A stretch of 64,000 nt of DNA, taken from NCBI GenBank assembly GCA_951406725.2, contig OX597818.1:131006001-131070000 (forward strand), given 5' to 3'. The notes under the pieces were generated by a model that was not told where the DNA came from, did no database searches, and saw nothing but the letters and a program-made list of their open reading frames with translations. This document shows, piece after piece, positions 49,200 to 63,830 of the stretch. The translations under genes and the position numbers were made by a program. Position 1 is the stretch's first letter. Each line of letters begins with the position of its first letter. The DNA is from Octopus vulgaris (Eukaryota).

Positions 49200-52020
49200 T
49201 ACATTTCATATTTCTAACTAATGAGAAGGAAATGGACAAGTGAAGAGAACAGGATAGTGAAGCAGTGCTACTTGGAAAGTGAAAGTGAAGCCAAAGTAAG
49301 AGGTTACTGAAAACATATGTTAGCACACTAAGTAAAAGAAGGCATGTTTGATGTAACAGAGCCCAGACTAGTAGACCAGGCTAATGCTATTAGATGGATG
49401 GAAGCACTCCGTCAGTTACGACGATGAGGGTTCTGGTTGATCCGAATCAACGGAACAGCCTGCTCGTGAAATTAACGTGTAAGTGGCTGAGCACTCCACA
49501 GACACGTGTACCCTTAACGTAGTTCTCGGGGATATTCAGCGTGACACAGAGAGTGACAAGGCTGGCCCTTTGAAATACAGGTACAACAGAAACAGGAAGT
49601 AGGAGTGAGAAAAAGTTGTGGTGAAAGAGTACAGCAGGGATCACCATCATCCCCTGCTGGAGCCTCATGGAGCTTTAGGTGTTTTCGCTCAATAAACACT
49701 CACAACATGTTAGCACATTCAGTAAAAGAGGGCATGTTTGATGTAACAGAGCCCAGACTAGTAGACCAGGCTAATGCTATTAGAAGAAATAAGTGAATGA
49801 TGGAATTGGAGATAGAAGAGATCACACAGAACTAAAAAAAGAAAGACCAAGAAGAAGAACAATCAACACAAACCAAGATGAAGCAAGAAGCAAGATGTTC
49901 AAGCCAAAGAAGAACCTGCAAGAAAAAATAATAGCACAACCAATCAGAAGGAGAAAACTGATACCAGTGACTTATGAGAGGAAGATCAGAAGATTTTAGA
50001 TGAGGTGAAGAAAATAATGAGTAAGAAAGAAACAAAAAGATTACCAGGCATTAAAAGGTGTTAACTGAAAGAAGTTGCTGGATATTACTAGGAAAGTAGA
50101 TTTTTCTTTCAGTGGGAGGGATAGTGAATATATATATGTGACACTAGCCTGATTTATGCAAGAAAGGTGGTAGTACTAGCAGACTAGGTATTCCCAAGGA
50201 GAGAATAGGAAGGAGCAAATGTGGAACAGAAGATTAGAAAATAAAGTGAAGACTTACAGACAAGGTCTAAGTAGAATAAAAGCCTAGAAATAGGACAAGT
50301 TAGGAAACACTAGATTTAAAACTTCTCTTGAAAATAAACCCACTTAGTCAAAGAGAAAGGATTTGCGATAGTCATGGAAGAGCTGAAACAGCATATCATA
50401 ACAATAGCAGGTAAGTTTTCCAAATATGAGAAAAGATCAATATCAACAGAACAAATTGCTTAAGACAGCCCAGAAGAAATTTTACCTAATAGATAGTGTA
50501 GAAGAAACGGCTGAAGATGACAAGTTCTGGAGTGATATTTGGGATAAGCTAGTTAAGCATAATGGAGATGCAACATGTTTAATGAAAGTTAGGGAAGAAA
50601 TAGTCAGTGAGAAGCAGCCAGATCTAAAACTAACTAGTGCATTAATATGTAAGGTGCTTGGAAAAATACTGAATTAGAAGGGCCCAGGGCCAGATTTAGT
50701 TCAAGGGTATTGGTTAAAGAAATTTAGTAGCTTCTACGGGAGAATGAGGGATCAACTTCAAGATCACCTTAATGGATGATTCATACCTAATTGGATGACT
50801 AGAAGGAGAGCAGTGCTCATAGAGAAAGACAAAGGCAAGGGTAATGTCGCTAGTAATTATAGACCAATCACTTGCATACAATTAGTACGGAAGCTATTAA
50901 CAGGAATGCTCTCTGAAAGCATTTATGAGAATTTACTACCAGAAAGAACAGAAGGCTAGAAGAACACATGATCTATTATACACAAAGTAGTTTTAAATGA
51001 AGTGAAAGCTACAAAGAAAAAATTAACAACAGAACAGGTAGATTATAAGAAAGTCTATGACATGATACCACACTCATGGATAAGTGAATGTTTGAGAATA
51101 TTCAGTATTGCAAGCAACATAAGAAAGTAAATTAGCTATAGCATGAAGAAATAGAAAATAGATCTTTATTCAAATGATACAGCCTTAGGGAAAATTAATA
51201 TCATGAGAGGAATTTTCTAGGGAGACTCGTTATCTCTTTTAATATTTGTGTTATGTTTAATCGTCATCAGTTTAGTGTTAAGAAAGGCGAAGGGAGGGTC
51301 TCGGTTTAGAGACTGTAAAGGAAAATTACCCATTTGCTCTACAGGGATGACCTGAAGCTTTTTAGTAAAAATATAAAAGAGATTGATTCTTTAATACAAA
51401 CAGTAATATGCTGGCACAGAAAGAATATAAGATAAGACTTGACAACCTAGGGAGGATAATCCACAAGAAGTCATGTAGAAAGCTAGGATCTGACCATACT
51501 GATAAGTGGTATGAACATGAACCTAGTAAAGTGCTAGAAAGTAAGAAATATAAGAGGCTGTGGGATTTGAACATTCAGACAGGGTAATAGGAGTTAAAGG
51601 TCTGATTAAGTAGACAAAAAGAATAGAAAGTGCCAAGTAATTGACTTTACAGTCTTAAACAATGAGAAAGTCAATATGAGAGGTATAGAGAAAATGACAA
51701 AGTAGCAGAACATAGCCATTGAGTTACAGAGTCTATAGAAAATTCAGGTAAACTGTATCCCTGTAGCTATAGGTGCATTAGGAACTAGTCTTAAAGATTT
51801 GAACAGATGGATAGAGGAAATAGGCATACAGCCCAGTTTAGCACAGCTCTAGAAAAAAGTATTATAAGAGACAGCTAGCACACTTAAGAAGGTTCTTGTC
51901 CTCTAAGGTTACTTGTTGTAGCCTGATGTTAAGAATTTTTTCTGCCAGTCTAATTTTTTGTCTGTAAATGAAATAATAATAATGATGATGATGATGATGA
52001 TGATGATGATAATAATAATA
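49200..52020 (+). mobile_element. R4/Dong-clade non-LTR retrotransposon relic 1 (near full length, internal deletion)
   Basis: N-terminal KWTSEEN..CY..VTEPRLVDQANAIRRN. RT motifs GPGPDLVQGYWLK, NYRPITC, DYKKVYDMIPH, RGIF*GDSLS, LLYRDDLKL. C-terminal WYEHEP, LWDLNIQT, IPVAIGALG. (TAA/TGA)n tail. Confidence 0.88.
49395..49706 (-). mobile_element. 5'-truncated family C SINE inside the LINE
   Basis: Matches 38587-38900. Flanked by a 78-bp direct repeat. Confidence 0.9.
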
Positions 52021-53280
52021 ACTGGAATCTAAATGAATTAATGAAAACAGATAGGCAAACAAGAAAAATAATGGCAGGATTTAGGATGCACCACCCAAAA
52101 TCTGACCTAGAAAGGTTATATGTACAACATATCGAAGGTATTAGAGGTCTTATACAGCTAGAAAACTATTACAAAATAACCACCATAGGACTACAGAAAT
52201 ACCTACTTCAGAAGTAAGGAAAGCTAATACAAATAGCCACAAAACAGGAACAAAAGACAAAACTATTTTCAGTTTTTAAGGAAGCTGACAAATGCAAAAA
52301 AGAAGTCATAGTACCTAACAATTATGAAGAAAACGAAGAAACAACAAAAGCTATAAAAGAAATGAAATCCAAACTACAACTGAACCAGCAATGGATCATG
52401 ATAAAACGATGACAAGAAAAGCCCTTTCATGGCAAATACTGGACTAAACTAAATGCAAAAGAAATAGACAAAGAAAAATCCCAGCAATGGTTGAGAAGCT
52501 CAGGACTCAAAGCAGAGACAGAAGGATTTTTAATTGCAGCACAAGATCAAAGCCTTTTCACCAGAAATTACTAAAAACATGTAATGAAAAGAAATAGAAC
52601 ACATAACTGCGGAATATGTGAAGATGGAGTAGAAACAATAAATCATACTGTCTCTGGTTGCCCTATCCTGGCTAAGAAGGAATATATTCACAGACACAAC
52701 AGAGTTGGACCTATATACACTGGAAGCTATGCCAACATATAGAATAACAATAGAAAATGAAAGTATAGGCACATGCCAGAAAAGGTCACAAAAAAATGAG
52801 AAAGCAGCCATACTGGGATACGCCAATACACACAGAAATTAAGGACAATAGGCCAGATATAGGTTTCAGAGATCACCAAGAAAAAAATGCTTTCTAATTG
52901 ATGTATCAATACCAACAGATGACAATATTTCTCTAAAAGAAACAGAACTTTCAAAATACAAAGATCTTGAAATAGAGGTAACTCAAATGTGGAGTCAAAA
53001 AAACAAACAATTCCTATCATAGCAAGAGCATTTGGTATGATATAAAATATTCAGACAAATACATAACAAAAACACCAGGACTAACAAGTATATATAACAT
53101 ACAGAAAATAGCACTACTGGACACCGTACACATCATATGTAAAATACTTTCAATGCAGGGAAAATAAGAGCATCACAACAAGCCACAGCACATACCCAAG
53201 GCACACAGAGCTGCACTTGGTAGTGCAGTGAAAGCATGTGATAAAAAAAGACCACTGAATGATAATAATAATAACAATAA
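52021..53280 (+). mobile_element. R4/Dong-clade relic 2 (5'-truncated)
   Basis: DRQTRKIM..MHHPKSDLERLY, LKAETEGFLIAAQDQ, CCHC knuckle CGICEDGVETINHTVSGC, NRPDI..FLIDVSIP..KYKDLEIE restriction-like endonuclease. (TAA)n tail. Confidence 0.88.
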
Positions 53281-53629
53281 TGAAAGAGGACGAAAAATAA
53301 AAAAAAAATACAATCCCTTAAAATTTGAAATAGGAAGAATTTAGAGTATGAGAACTGTAAAGGTTGTGCCTATAATATTTGGTGCATTGGGAACAATAAG
53401 CAAAGATATAGACAAATGGCTGAAGGAGATTGGAATAGAATGCCCTGTATAGCTCCTACAGAAAGTTTGTCTCTTAGGGACAGCAAGGAATATCAGGAGG
53501 GTTCTAAGCACTTGAAAGACGATTGAAAGCTTGTGGATACCTAAGGTTACAGGTAGTAACCTGCTACCCACACAAATCCTACTAGGAATAAGACTGTACC
53601 TGAATCAAACCAAATAATCATAATAATAA

Positions 53630-53630
<1 letters not shown>
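53281..53630 (+). mobile_element. R4/Dong-clade relic 3 (3' tip)
   Basis: YNPLKFEI..VVPIIFGALGTISK..LQKVCLLGTARNIRRVLST*, then (TAA)n and (TAG)n. Confidence 0.82.
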
Positions 53631-53705
<75 letters not shown>

Positions 53706-53739
53706 TGTAGTAGTAGCAGCAATAGTAATTATAATAATC

Positions 53740-53950
53740 CTTTCTATTAAAGGCACAAGGTCTGAAATTTTGGGAGAGGGGACTAGTTGATTACATTGAC
53801 CCCAGTGTTTCACTGGTATTTAATTTATCTACCTTGAAAGGATGAAAGGCAAAGTCGACCTCAGCAGAATTTGAACTCAGAATATAGCAATGGGCAAAAA
53901 TGCTACTAAGAATATCACCCAGTGTGCTAACAATTCTGCCAGCTCCCTAC
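53740..53950 (-). mobile_element. SINE family B
   Basis: GAAAGGATGAAAGGCAAAGTCGACCTC core. Confidence 0.8.
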
Positions 53951-54004
53951 CTTGATGATGATGAGATGATGATGATGATGATAATGGTGAGATGATGATG
54001 ATGA

Positions 54005-54011
54005 GGAGAAG

Positions 54012-54042
<31 letters not shown>

Positions 54043-54290
54043 GAAAGAAGAAGTGAAAGAAGAAGAAGAAGAAGAAGAAGAAGAAGAAGAAGAAAGGAAG
54101 GAGGAAGAAGAAGAAGAAGAAGAAGAAGAAGAAGAAAGGAAGGAGGAAGAAGAAGAAGAAGAAGAAGAAGAAGAAGAAGAAGAGGGAGGAGGAGGAGGAG
54201 GAGGAAGAAGAAGAAGAAGAAGAAAAGAAGAAGAAGAAGAAGAAGAAGAAGAAGAAGAAGAAGAAGAAGAAGAAGAAGAAGAAGAAGAAA
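54005..54290. repeat. (GAA)n/(GGA)n polypurine tract
   Basis: Direct reading. Confidence 0.95.
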
Positions 54291-54761
54291 TGATGATAGT
54301 GAAGACTTCTCATGTTTGCATCAGGGACATCATAAGGTCAAATAGTTCTTTCTGAATAAAGCACAAGACCAGGAAACATAAGAGACGGTGGTGGCGTGGG
54401 GGGGGGGGGTTGTCAATACCATGGGGAAAGCTGACTCTGGCAGGATTTGAACACAGATTGTATAAAAGAGTTCAGAACAAAAATCGCAAGATATTTTTAT
54501 CTGAAGCGCTAATGAGTCTATAAATACAATAACGACGCCAACAACAACAACAGTAATACTAGTACTGCTGCTGTAGCTTACTAATACTGACATTTTGGTA
54601 TTTATTATCATAATCTGCAACTGAATAATTTCACATTTAATGATGTTCATTTTTCAGAGAATATCTTAATAATAATTTGGACAGTGGTTCCTATGAAACA
54701 ACGCATACTGAGAAACAAAATAAACATGAAACAAACCTGTGATTACTGATTGGCATCCCAT

Positions 54762-54793
<32 letters not shown>

Positions 54794-55276
54794 GTAAATA
54801 TATATGTGTGTGTGTGAGTATGTATGTATGTATACACACTAATTTGTTTATTTTCTCTCTTTATCTCTCTCTGTCTCTCTCGCTTTCATTTTTAGTTTGT
54901 TTATTTATTTAATTTAATAATTAAGCAAGAGCATCCAAGTAGGAAATAAGATGTCACAAGCATTTGTTGGTAAAAATTACAGATGGTTGTGTCATTTGCA
55001 AATTGGCGAACAGCCGATACAATTAGTATCTTTTGCTTGGTTTATGTCAGCCCTTAGATTTCCTTTAATCAAAATTTACAAAAAACATATATATATATAA
55101 ACAAAAAAGAGAATAAAAAGAAAATGAAATGGAAATAAAGCAAAATGAAACAAAAAAAACCCCACAAAGTAACCCCTTTTCCATCAACAAAAAAAACTAA
55201 AAAAAAAAGCTAGCACTGCTACCTCCTACCAACCACCATCACCACCCCTCAGAAAAATACACAGGACAAAACCATT

Positions 55277-55277
55277 A

Positions 55278-55336
<59 letters not shown>

Positions 55337-55358
55337 TAATAATAATAATAACAACAAC

Positions 55359-55435
<77 letters not shown>

Positions 55436-55439
55436 CAAC

Positions 55440-55480
<41 letters not shown>

Positions 55481-55505
55481 TAATAATAATAACAATAATA
55501 ATAAT
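55277..55505. repeat. (AAT)n microsatellite
   Basis: Direct reading. Confidence 0.95.
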
Positions 55506-55922
55506 TATTGTAAATAAAGTAAATTATATAAGATACAAAAAGAAATTATTTTGAAACAACAAGGTATCAAAAGTTCCATAAGAATTCTTCTATGTAAAAG
55601 AGAATAAAATTTTTTGTTGTTGTTGTCTGTTTGTCACATTTTTAGTTATTTTTTTTAAATGCTATCGCTTTGTTTCTTTTTGTCAGAATTGACATTAATT
55701 TCAGTAGTCAAAGATGTTACTAAAAGAATTGAAGATGTACACACACACACACACACATACATACATATATGTGTATATGTTTGTGCGCCACACTGAAGAT
55801 TAAAAGTCATAGTGGGTAGGGCTTTCTTTTGAGGAAGTAATAAGAGTATCTATTTATTATTATTTCTATTTTTTCTATAGCAGCGAGCTGGCTGAACTGT
55901 TAGCATGCAGGGCAAAAGGCTT

Positions 55923-56129
55923 CACTCTTTTACTTGTTTCAGTCATTTGACTGTGGCCATGCTGGTGCACCGCCTTTAGTCGGGCAAATCGACCCCAGGA
56001 TGTATTCTTACTTATTATAATACTTATTCTATTGGTCTCTTTTGCCAAACCGCTAAGTTACGGGGACATAAACACACCAGCATCGGTTGTCAAGCGATGT
56101 TGGTGGAGGGGACAAACACAGACACACAA

Positions 56130-56204
<75 letters not shown>

Positions 56205-56250
56205 ACGGGCTTCTTTCAGTTTCCATCTACCAAATCCACTCACAAGGGTT
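55923..56250 (-). mobile_element. SINE family A, 5'-truncated
   Basis: Tail and centre match. Confidence 0.85.
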
Positions 56251-56599
56251 TGGTTTTACAAGTAAGTGCTTATGTGCAGTAAACAGCCTTTGTGTATTTT
56301 TGAATGGCCAACCTTTGTCTTCTGTGCTGCAGTTGCTTTAGTTTCAAAATATGTTCTCAGATCAAAATACTTGCAATGCAAATTCATCTCCATAATATGT
56401 ATAAACAATATATATATATATACCCATACACATTTAGTTTTTTTTTTCAGTTTTCATTTATCAAATTCACCCACATAGCTTTGGTCAACCTGGGGCTATA
56501 GTAGATAGTTATTGTGAGTTTAGTAACAATTCAGTTCTTTTGAAGATGAGCTTACAATTGGAACAACATTGCCTATCCAGGGTATTTTTACCTTACTGA

Positions 56600-56770
56600 A
56601 TGAGGAAAAGCACCTTTGAAAAATATGTAGAACCCATTATTACATATGGTTGTGTGAGCTGGAACATCAACAAACAAGTGTAAAAGACCACCAATACTGC
56701 AAAAATATTGTTCCTTAAATAAAAGGCTGAAGATGTCCTATGCAGATATAGTCACAAATATCAAAGTCTA
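56600..56770 (+). pseudogene. old RTE-like LINE fragment
   Basis: YVEPIITYGCVSWNINK..LKMSYADIVTN resembles the LLYGCESW..ISW.D.VTN post-RT motif. Confidence 0.5.
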
Positions 56771-57165
56771 TAGATAAGCAAAGACCAAGTGTATAGCTAG
56801 AGTGTTATGCTACCTAAGAAGCCCGTGTATTTGTCAACCTACCTCACAAGGGCCCCCCATCAAAAAAGAACTTACACGAGTTTATATAGCAGACCCAAAA
56901 GAGTTGCTCTGATAAAATTGTTACCTGGAGTGGACTGCCCTCACTCAGCAGCTTCACTACAAGAAAAGAATATTAGAAAGTGTCTCAGTGATGTGAGGAG
57001 ACAACAGGCTCAGTTCACTATGATGCCATATGAGAAAAAAATGCCTTGAGCACCTGGTGACAATCAAGGAAGTGAAAGAAAGATGTGGTTGAGAAAGATT
57101 GAGAATATTCTTAATGTCCAACACATAACTCAGTATGTTGGAGCAGGATACTATGGGGTCTATGA

Positions 57166-57425
57166 TTATCAATAGTTGTAGGCTTGGTACATGGAGAAGC
57201 TGGGTACAAGAAAACTAATGATGGTCTTTGAAAAACTAGTATCTGTGGGGTCCTTGCTTATCAATAACTGTAGGCTTGGTATATAAAGAAATTGGGAACA
57301 AGAAAATTAGTGATGATCTTTGAAAAACTATAATCTGTGGGATCCGTGCTTACCAATAATTGTAGGCTTGGCATATAAAGAAGTTGGGCACAAAAACTAG
57401 TGATGATCTTTGGAAAACTTGAATC
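57166..57425. repeat. ~92-bp tandem repeat, about 2.8 copies
   Basis: TTA(T/C)CAATA..TGTAGGCTTGG..TGATG.TCTTTG.AAAACT at 57166, 57258, 57349. Confidence 0.9.
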
Positions 57426-58141
57426 TAAGGAAACTGTTAGATATTAGTGACATGTGGTTCTAATTTTAAATGTTTCTAACTCTAAATACTCAACTCTGTT
57501 GCTGGATTAGAAACTGTTTTATGAGTCAGATGAAACAAAAACAAGGTGAGTAAATTAGTTTGTTTGGGAGCACAGAACAGTAGTATGATCCGAAAATATA
57601 TCGGTCTGATACTAAAATAGTAGACTGATTCAAAATTAGACTCTATGAACAGTAGTCAAGAACATAAAAATCTCATGGCCATTGTAAATTAATTACTGTG
57701 TGTGTGTCTAAGTCTGTGGTTTAGTCCCTGTATGGACTTGAATGAGAAGACTGTTGTGATCAAAGGCCTTCCAGTCATGGCAATTCCATGTTATTTTGAA
57801 ACATCAAGTATCTCTGAATATATTAGAAAATATCTTTTACTATTGTAAGACAGTGATATGTAAATTAAAGGAGATATAGCTGCTATTTCTAACAGGTTGA
57901 TAGCCATATGAATATTCTCTTGCATATGCCTATTCATATTCACACACTCTGCCTCTATGTGTATGTGTGTGTGTGAGTGTGTATCAGAACTGCTACCAAG
58001 ATGATTTAGCATCTGGTAATCAGCATGAGCAAAGAAAATGCTTATGGCAGAGTAGAGACAGACATATTGGCACAAGGTAGACTTCAAATGGATAACCACT
58101 AGATGAGACCTGAAATAAAGAAATCACATACACAAACATAT

Positions 58142-58195
<54 letters not shown>

Positions 58196-58539
58196 TCAAA
58201 CATAGGCACATACGAACACGTGCAGACAGAAAGTATCCAAAGGAAAATAAAAACAAAAGAATATTTGAACAAATGTGATCAAATATGAAACATATATCCC
58301 GTCAAACATATATTAAAAGCTGATTCTACATACTAATCAATCAAAACAGAAAGATAAAATAGATCAGAGAAGTCAGATTAACTGGTGGGTGGGTGGGTGG
58401 GTGATGGCAGAAAACCAAACCAAAGAGCATAGCATAATTCATCATGGCTGCCTTGATATTTATTTTAAATCGTTATTCTTTAAGTTGCCGTATAAATTGC
58501 AGCTTTGAAAAGGAGAGAAGAGCACATTGGAAACATGAG

Positions 58540-58990
<451 letters not shown>

Positions 58991-59419
58991 ATTATAATTA
59001 TATCTACTGTTACAAACAGGTTCATCTGATTGTATATGTATGTATGTATGTATGTATGGGTGGGTGGATGGATGTATGTATGTGCGTACACAAAATGACA
59101 AAGTGTGTGTACGGGTGTATATACATGGGTTTTTCATCAGTTTAATTTGAATCTTTAATCCAAGGTTGAAAACCCATTAAGTGTATTTAAGAAGAAAGAT
59201 CAAATATAACACTCACATACTGTATCATTGATTTAATAAATTATTTGCATAGTTTATACACAAAACCTGATATATATAAGCATTTGTATATGTATGTGTG
59301 TGTGTTTATATATTCATGTATACACATATATGTATATACATACACACACACACACATATATATATAAACATATATGGATATGTTTATATATATATATATA
59401 TATGTACATATATATACAT

Positions 59420-59479
<60 letters not shown>

Positions 59480-59986
59480 GTATGTATATATATGTACATA
59501 TATATATATATATAAAACATATCCATACATATATATAAATATATACATGCATATATATATATGTATAAGCATATGCATATATACATATATATATAAATAA
59601 ACATATATATATATATGCATAAGTATATAATATGTGTAAGTATGCTTGATTTCATGTTATTTTGTCATTAATAAACAACTCTTATCTATGTGCACAAAAG
59701 TATAGGCGTTTGTCTATATATATATATATATATATATGAAGTATGTAAATTCTATGGCAGGTTAAGGTATGGGCAGCTTGAAAAGATTGTTACTGATGTT
59801 TGTATGTGTGGTATATATGCTAATTATGATTATCTACACATGAACAATGATTTGTTAAGATATTTCATAATTGAATTGGTTGTTGATCACATTATTAGGT
59901 ATTTTTTGTCAAAGAATATTTAATCAGCCAGCACATGTGTAAATGTAATCTATATCTACATCTATATATCTATTTATATACATATA

Positions 59987-60050
<64 letters not shown>

Positions 60051-60529
60051 TGTGTGTATTTATGTATGTATGTTGATAGAGACATAGGATATGTGTATGT
60101 CTGCATTTCAATGATTGTTTTGAAATACAAAAATTAATCATGTGTACACACATATATATCAATGTATGTAAACCCTTTGTTTGTACATACATATATGTTA
60201 TATATAATACATGTGTACATGAACATATCTATCTATTAGTAGCTGCACACACACTCACACACACATGTATATATTTATTTATTGACATAAATGATATATA
60301 TACATACATTCTTAAACATATATCAGAAACATTTATTCAGGACCTGAAGTTTACTGGGAGACACAAAACGTGTTATAAAAACCTTGCCTTAGCCACATGT
60401 CTTCACAGCAAGAAACTACTAGTAGCTCTTATCTTAATATATTGTACATAAAATGATATTTATCTCTGACTGGATGGAATACTTCTTTATTGATCTTACC
60501 TCAATGGAACAGTAGGCTCTCTTTCTCTG

Positions 60530-60573
<44 letters not shown>

Positions 60574-60714
60574 GTGTGTGTATGTATGTATGTATGTATA
60601 TATATATATCTAAGTTTTCTAAGTTATATATATATATACATATATATTTATCTGTATGTACATGTGTGTGTGTATATATATATATACATAATTCAATAAA
60701 TATATATATCTTCT

Positions 60715-61095
60715 ATCTTTTACTTATTTGTCATCAGACCGTGGCCATGCTAAAACACCACCTTGAAGAATTTTTTAGTTGAATGTATCAACAGCAGTAG
60801 TTATTTTATTTAAGCCTGATACTTATTTTATTGGATGTCTTTTGTCAAACCGCTAAGTTATGGGGATGTAAACACACCAGCTCTAGTTGTCAAGCGGTGG
60901 TAGTGGGAGACAAACACAAAGAGACACACACATAGACATACATATATATATATAACAGGCTTCTTCCAGTTTCCATCTGCTAAATCTACTCACGTCTACA
61001 TTAGGAGATACTTGCACCAGGTGCCACACAGTGAGACCAAACCCTGAACCATGTGGCTAGGCAGCAAGCTTCTTACCACACAGCCACACCTGTGA
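60715..61095 (-). mobile_element. SINE family A (old)
   Basis: Diverged match. Confidence 0.75.
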
Positions 61096-61339
61096 GTATG
61101 CAAACATTCATAGCCAAAAGGGGACTAAATGGATTTAGAATTTCACTTTGCAACAATGAGCTCCTTGGATTGATCATCCAGCATAATATCCTGAGCAAGA
61201 GCGATTTTGTATGGCTTTGGGTCAACCCAAACACCCTGAGTGCTGATACTACTTGTGAATAATGTTAAGGATACTTGTGTCAATGGAATGCTCAACAACT
61301 TACACATTATTTCAATGAGCTGTAATATTTCATATGTAC

Positions 61340-61343
61340 GTAA

Positions 61344-61374
<31 letters not shown>

Positions 61375-61399
61375 CATATATATGTATAAATGTATGTGT

Positions 61400-61438
<39 letters not shown>

Positions 61439-61465
61439 CATATATATGTATAAATGTGTGTGTTG

Positions 61466-61496
<31 letters not shown>

Positions 61497-61523
61497 CATA
61501 TATATGTATAAATGTGTGTGTTG

Positions 61524-61597
<74 letters not shown>

Positions 61598-62211
61598 ATA
61601 TATATATACATACATTTAGATATACATATATATATATATATACACAGACATATCTATATGTAGCCATATATGTATATGCATATGCGTGTTTGTATATATA
61701 TTAATATATATATATATAAATTTATATGTGGTGCAGATATACCCAGTCACCCATATACATGTATATGGTTCTTAATACATATGGGAACCCATTTTAATAT
61801 TCAAGTATATGCATGTGCATGAATGAATTTTATGCATATGTATTGCAGTGAATGAACATACATTTCAATACATTTTCTTTATGTAGACACTCATATTCTC
61901 AACACACATACACTCACGAACCCACACATGCTCACATTCACACACACACAGAGGGAAACATATGTATATGCTGTCTAACACAAGCTCATATTCATTTAAC
62001 ACACTCAAGACTCTTCTATTCATGTGAAACCTCAATTAGATGTGTATGAAAACTATAAATTTAAATCCACTTAACTGCGGATTTCAATATATTCTGAATG
62101 GAAAGGGATATTCTTATATTTTACGGCAAACAATGCTCTGTTCTTTTTCCCTTTTCTTATTTTCCTTATCACCCACTCCCTGGCATAAACACATTCAAAC
62201 ACACATACATG

Positions 62212-62260
<49 letters not shown>

Positions 62261-62268
62261 GTAAGTGC

Positions 62269-62315
<47 letters not shown>

Positions 62316-62475
62316 TAGATATACATAAGTGCATATATACTTGTGAGTATATATAGACATATATACACACACAAACACATAGATGTTTACATATATATAC
62401 ATATGCATCTATACATATTCATCTATATATATTCATCTATACATATTCATATATATATATAGATTTAGAGATATG

Positions 62476-62507
<32 letters not shown>

Positions 62508-63118
62508 CATGTATACATATATATGTATATGTATATATGCATACATATACATATATGGTCACATCTACGTATATATGTATGTATATATATATATATATAT
62601 ACTCACATATGTATGTGTGTGCGTATATATATATATATATACACACACACATAAATGCACATGCACATATGCATATATATGTGTGTCTGTGTGTAGATAT
62701 ATGAATGTATGTATGCAGACACGCATATACACACAGAGACATGAATACATATATATGATTACACAAATCTCCAAACAAGGGCAGAATTCCTCAGCATATG
62801 GTGTGTGGTTAAATTATTCATTTTAAGCTGATTATTCACTCCATTGCAACTCTGAGTTTTCTTGTCTGTGAGCAACAAAGAATAAATGAATAAATGCCCA
62901 CATATAAGGACATTCAGAGTAGCAACACAATGAATCATCAATAAATACGTATATACATATACATTGCATGTCAATGCATTTATATAACTACATATATATA
63001 TATATATAAATAAACATAGTACATATTTATGTAAGTATAGATATTAAAATATATATGCATAAACAAACGTAAATGCACACACATACATATATGTATGTAT
63101 ACATACACACACACACAC

Positions 63119-63183
<65 letters not shown>

Positions 63184-63419
63184 CACACACATATATACAT
63201 ACACACACATATATACATACACACACACACACACATATATATATACACACATATACTCACAAGAACATACAAGCATGCATAAATATACATCGGTGTATAT
63301 GTTCACATGTGTAAAATTACACATGTGCATACATTCATGTTTATGTGCATATATGTGCATGTGTGTACAAATAACATACAAATATAGATACATACACACA
63401 CAGACATATACACATATAC

Positions 63420-63478
<59 letters not shown>

Positions 63479-63715
63479 TACACACACATATATTGGATGC
63501 ATATATATATATACAATACATTCAAAAGCTATATTTGTTGGTATATGTGAGTGTACATATATGTATGTATATATATATGCACACACAAACACATGCATAT
63601 ATATATATATATACATATACACATGGACAAATGCACACTGTACACATATATAAGCATGCTTGTGTATTAGAGCATACTTCATCTGATATGAATATGAAGT
63701 TTCCTATCTGCTTAC

Positions 63716-63804
<89 letters not shown>

Positions 63805-63830
63805 ATGTATGTATGTATGTATGGTTACAT
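61340..63830. repeat. compound (TA)n/(CA)n/(TATG)n microsatellite field, including a 3x TTTGTTCATATATATGTATAAATGT unit
   Basis: Direct reading. Confidence 0.9.

Noticed and set aside
57166-57425. CRISPR array or C/D snoRNA cluster (GTGATGA boxes)
   Set aside because: Whole units are similar with no unique spacers, there are no cas genes, and there is no CTGA D box with a terminal stem.
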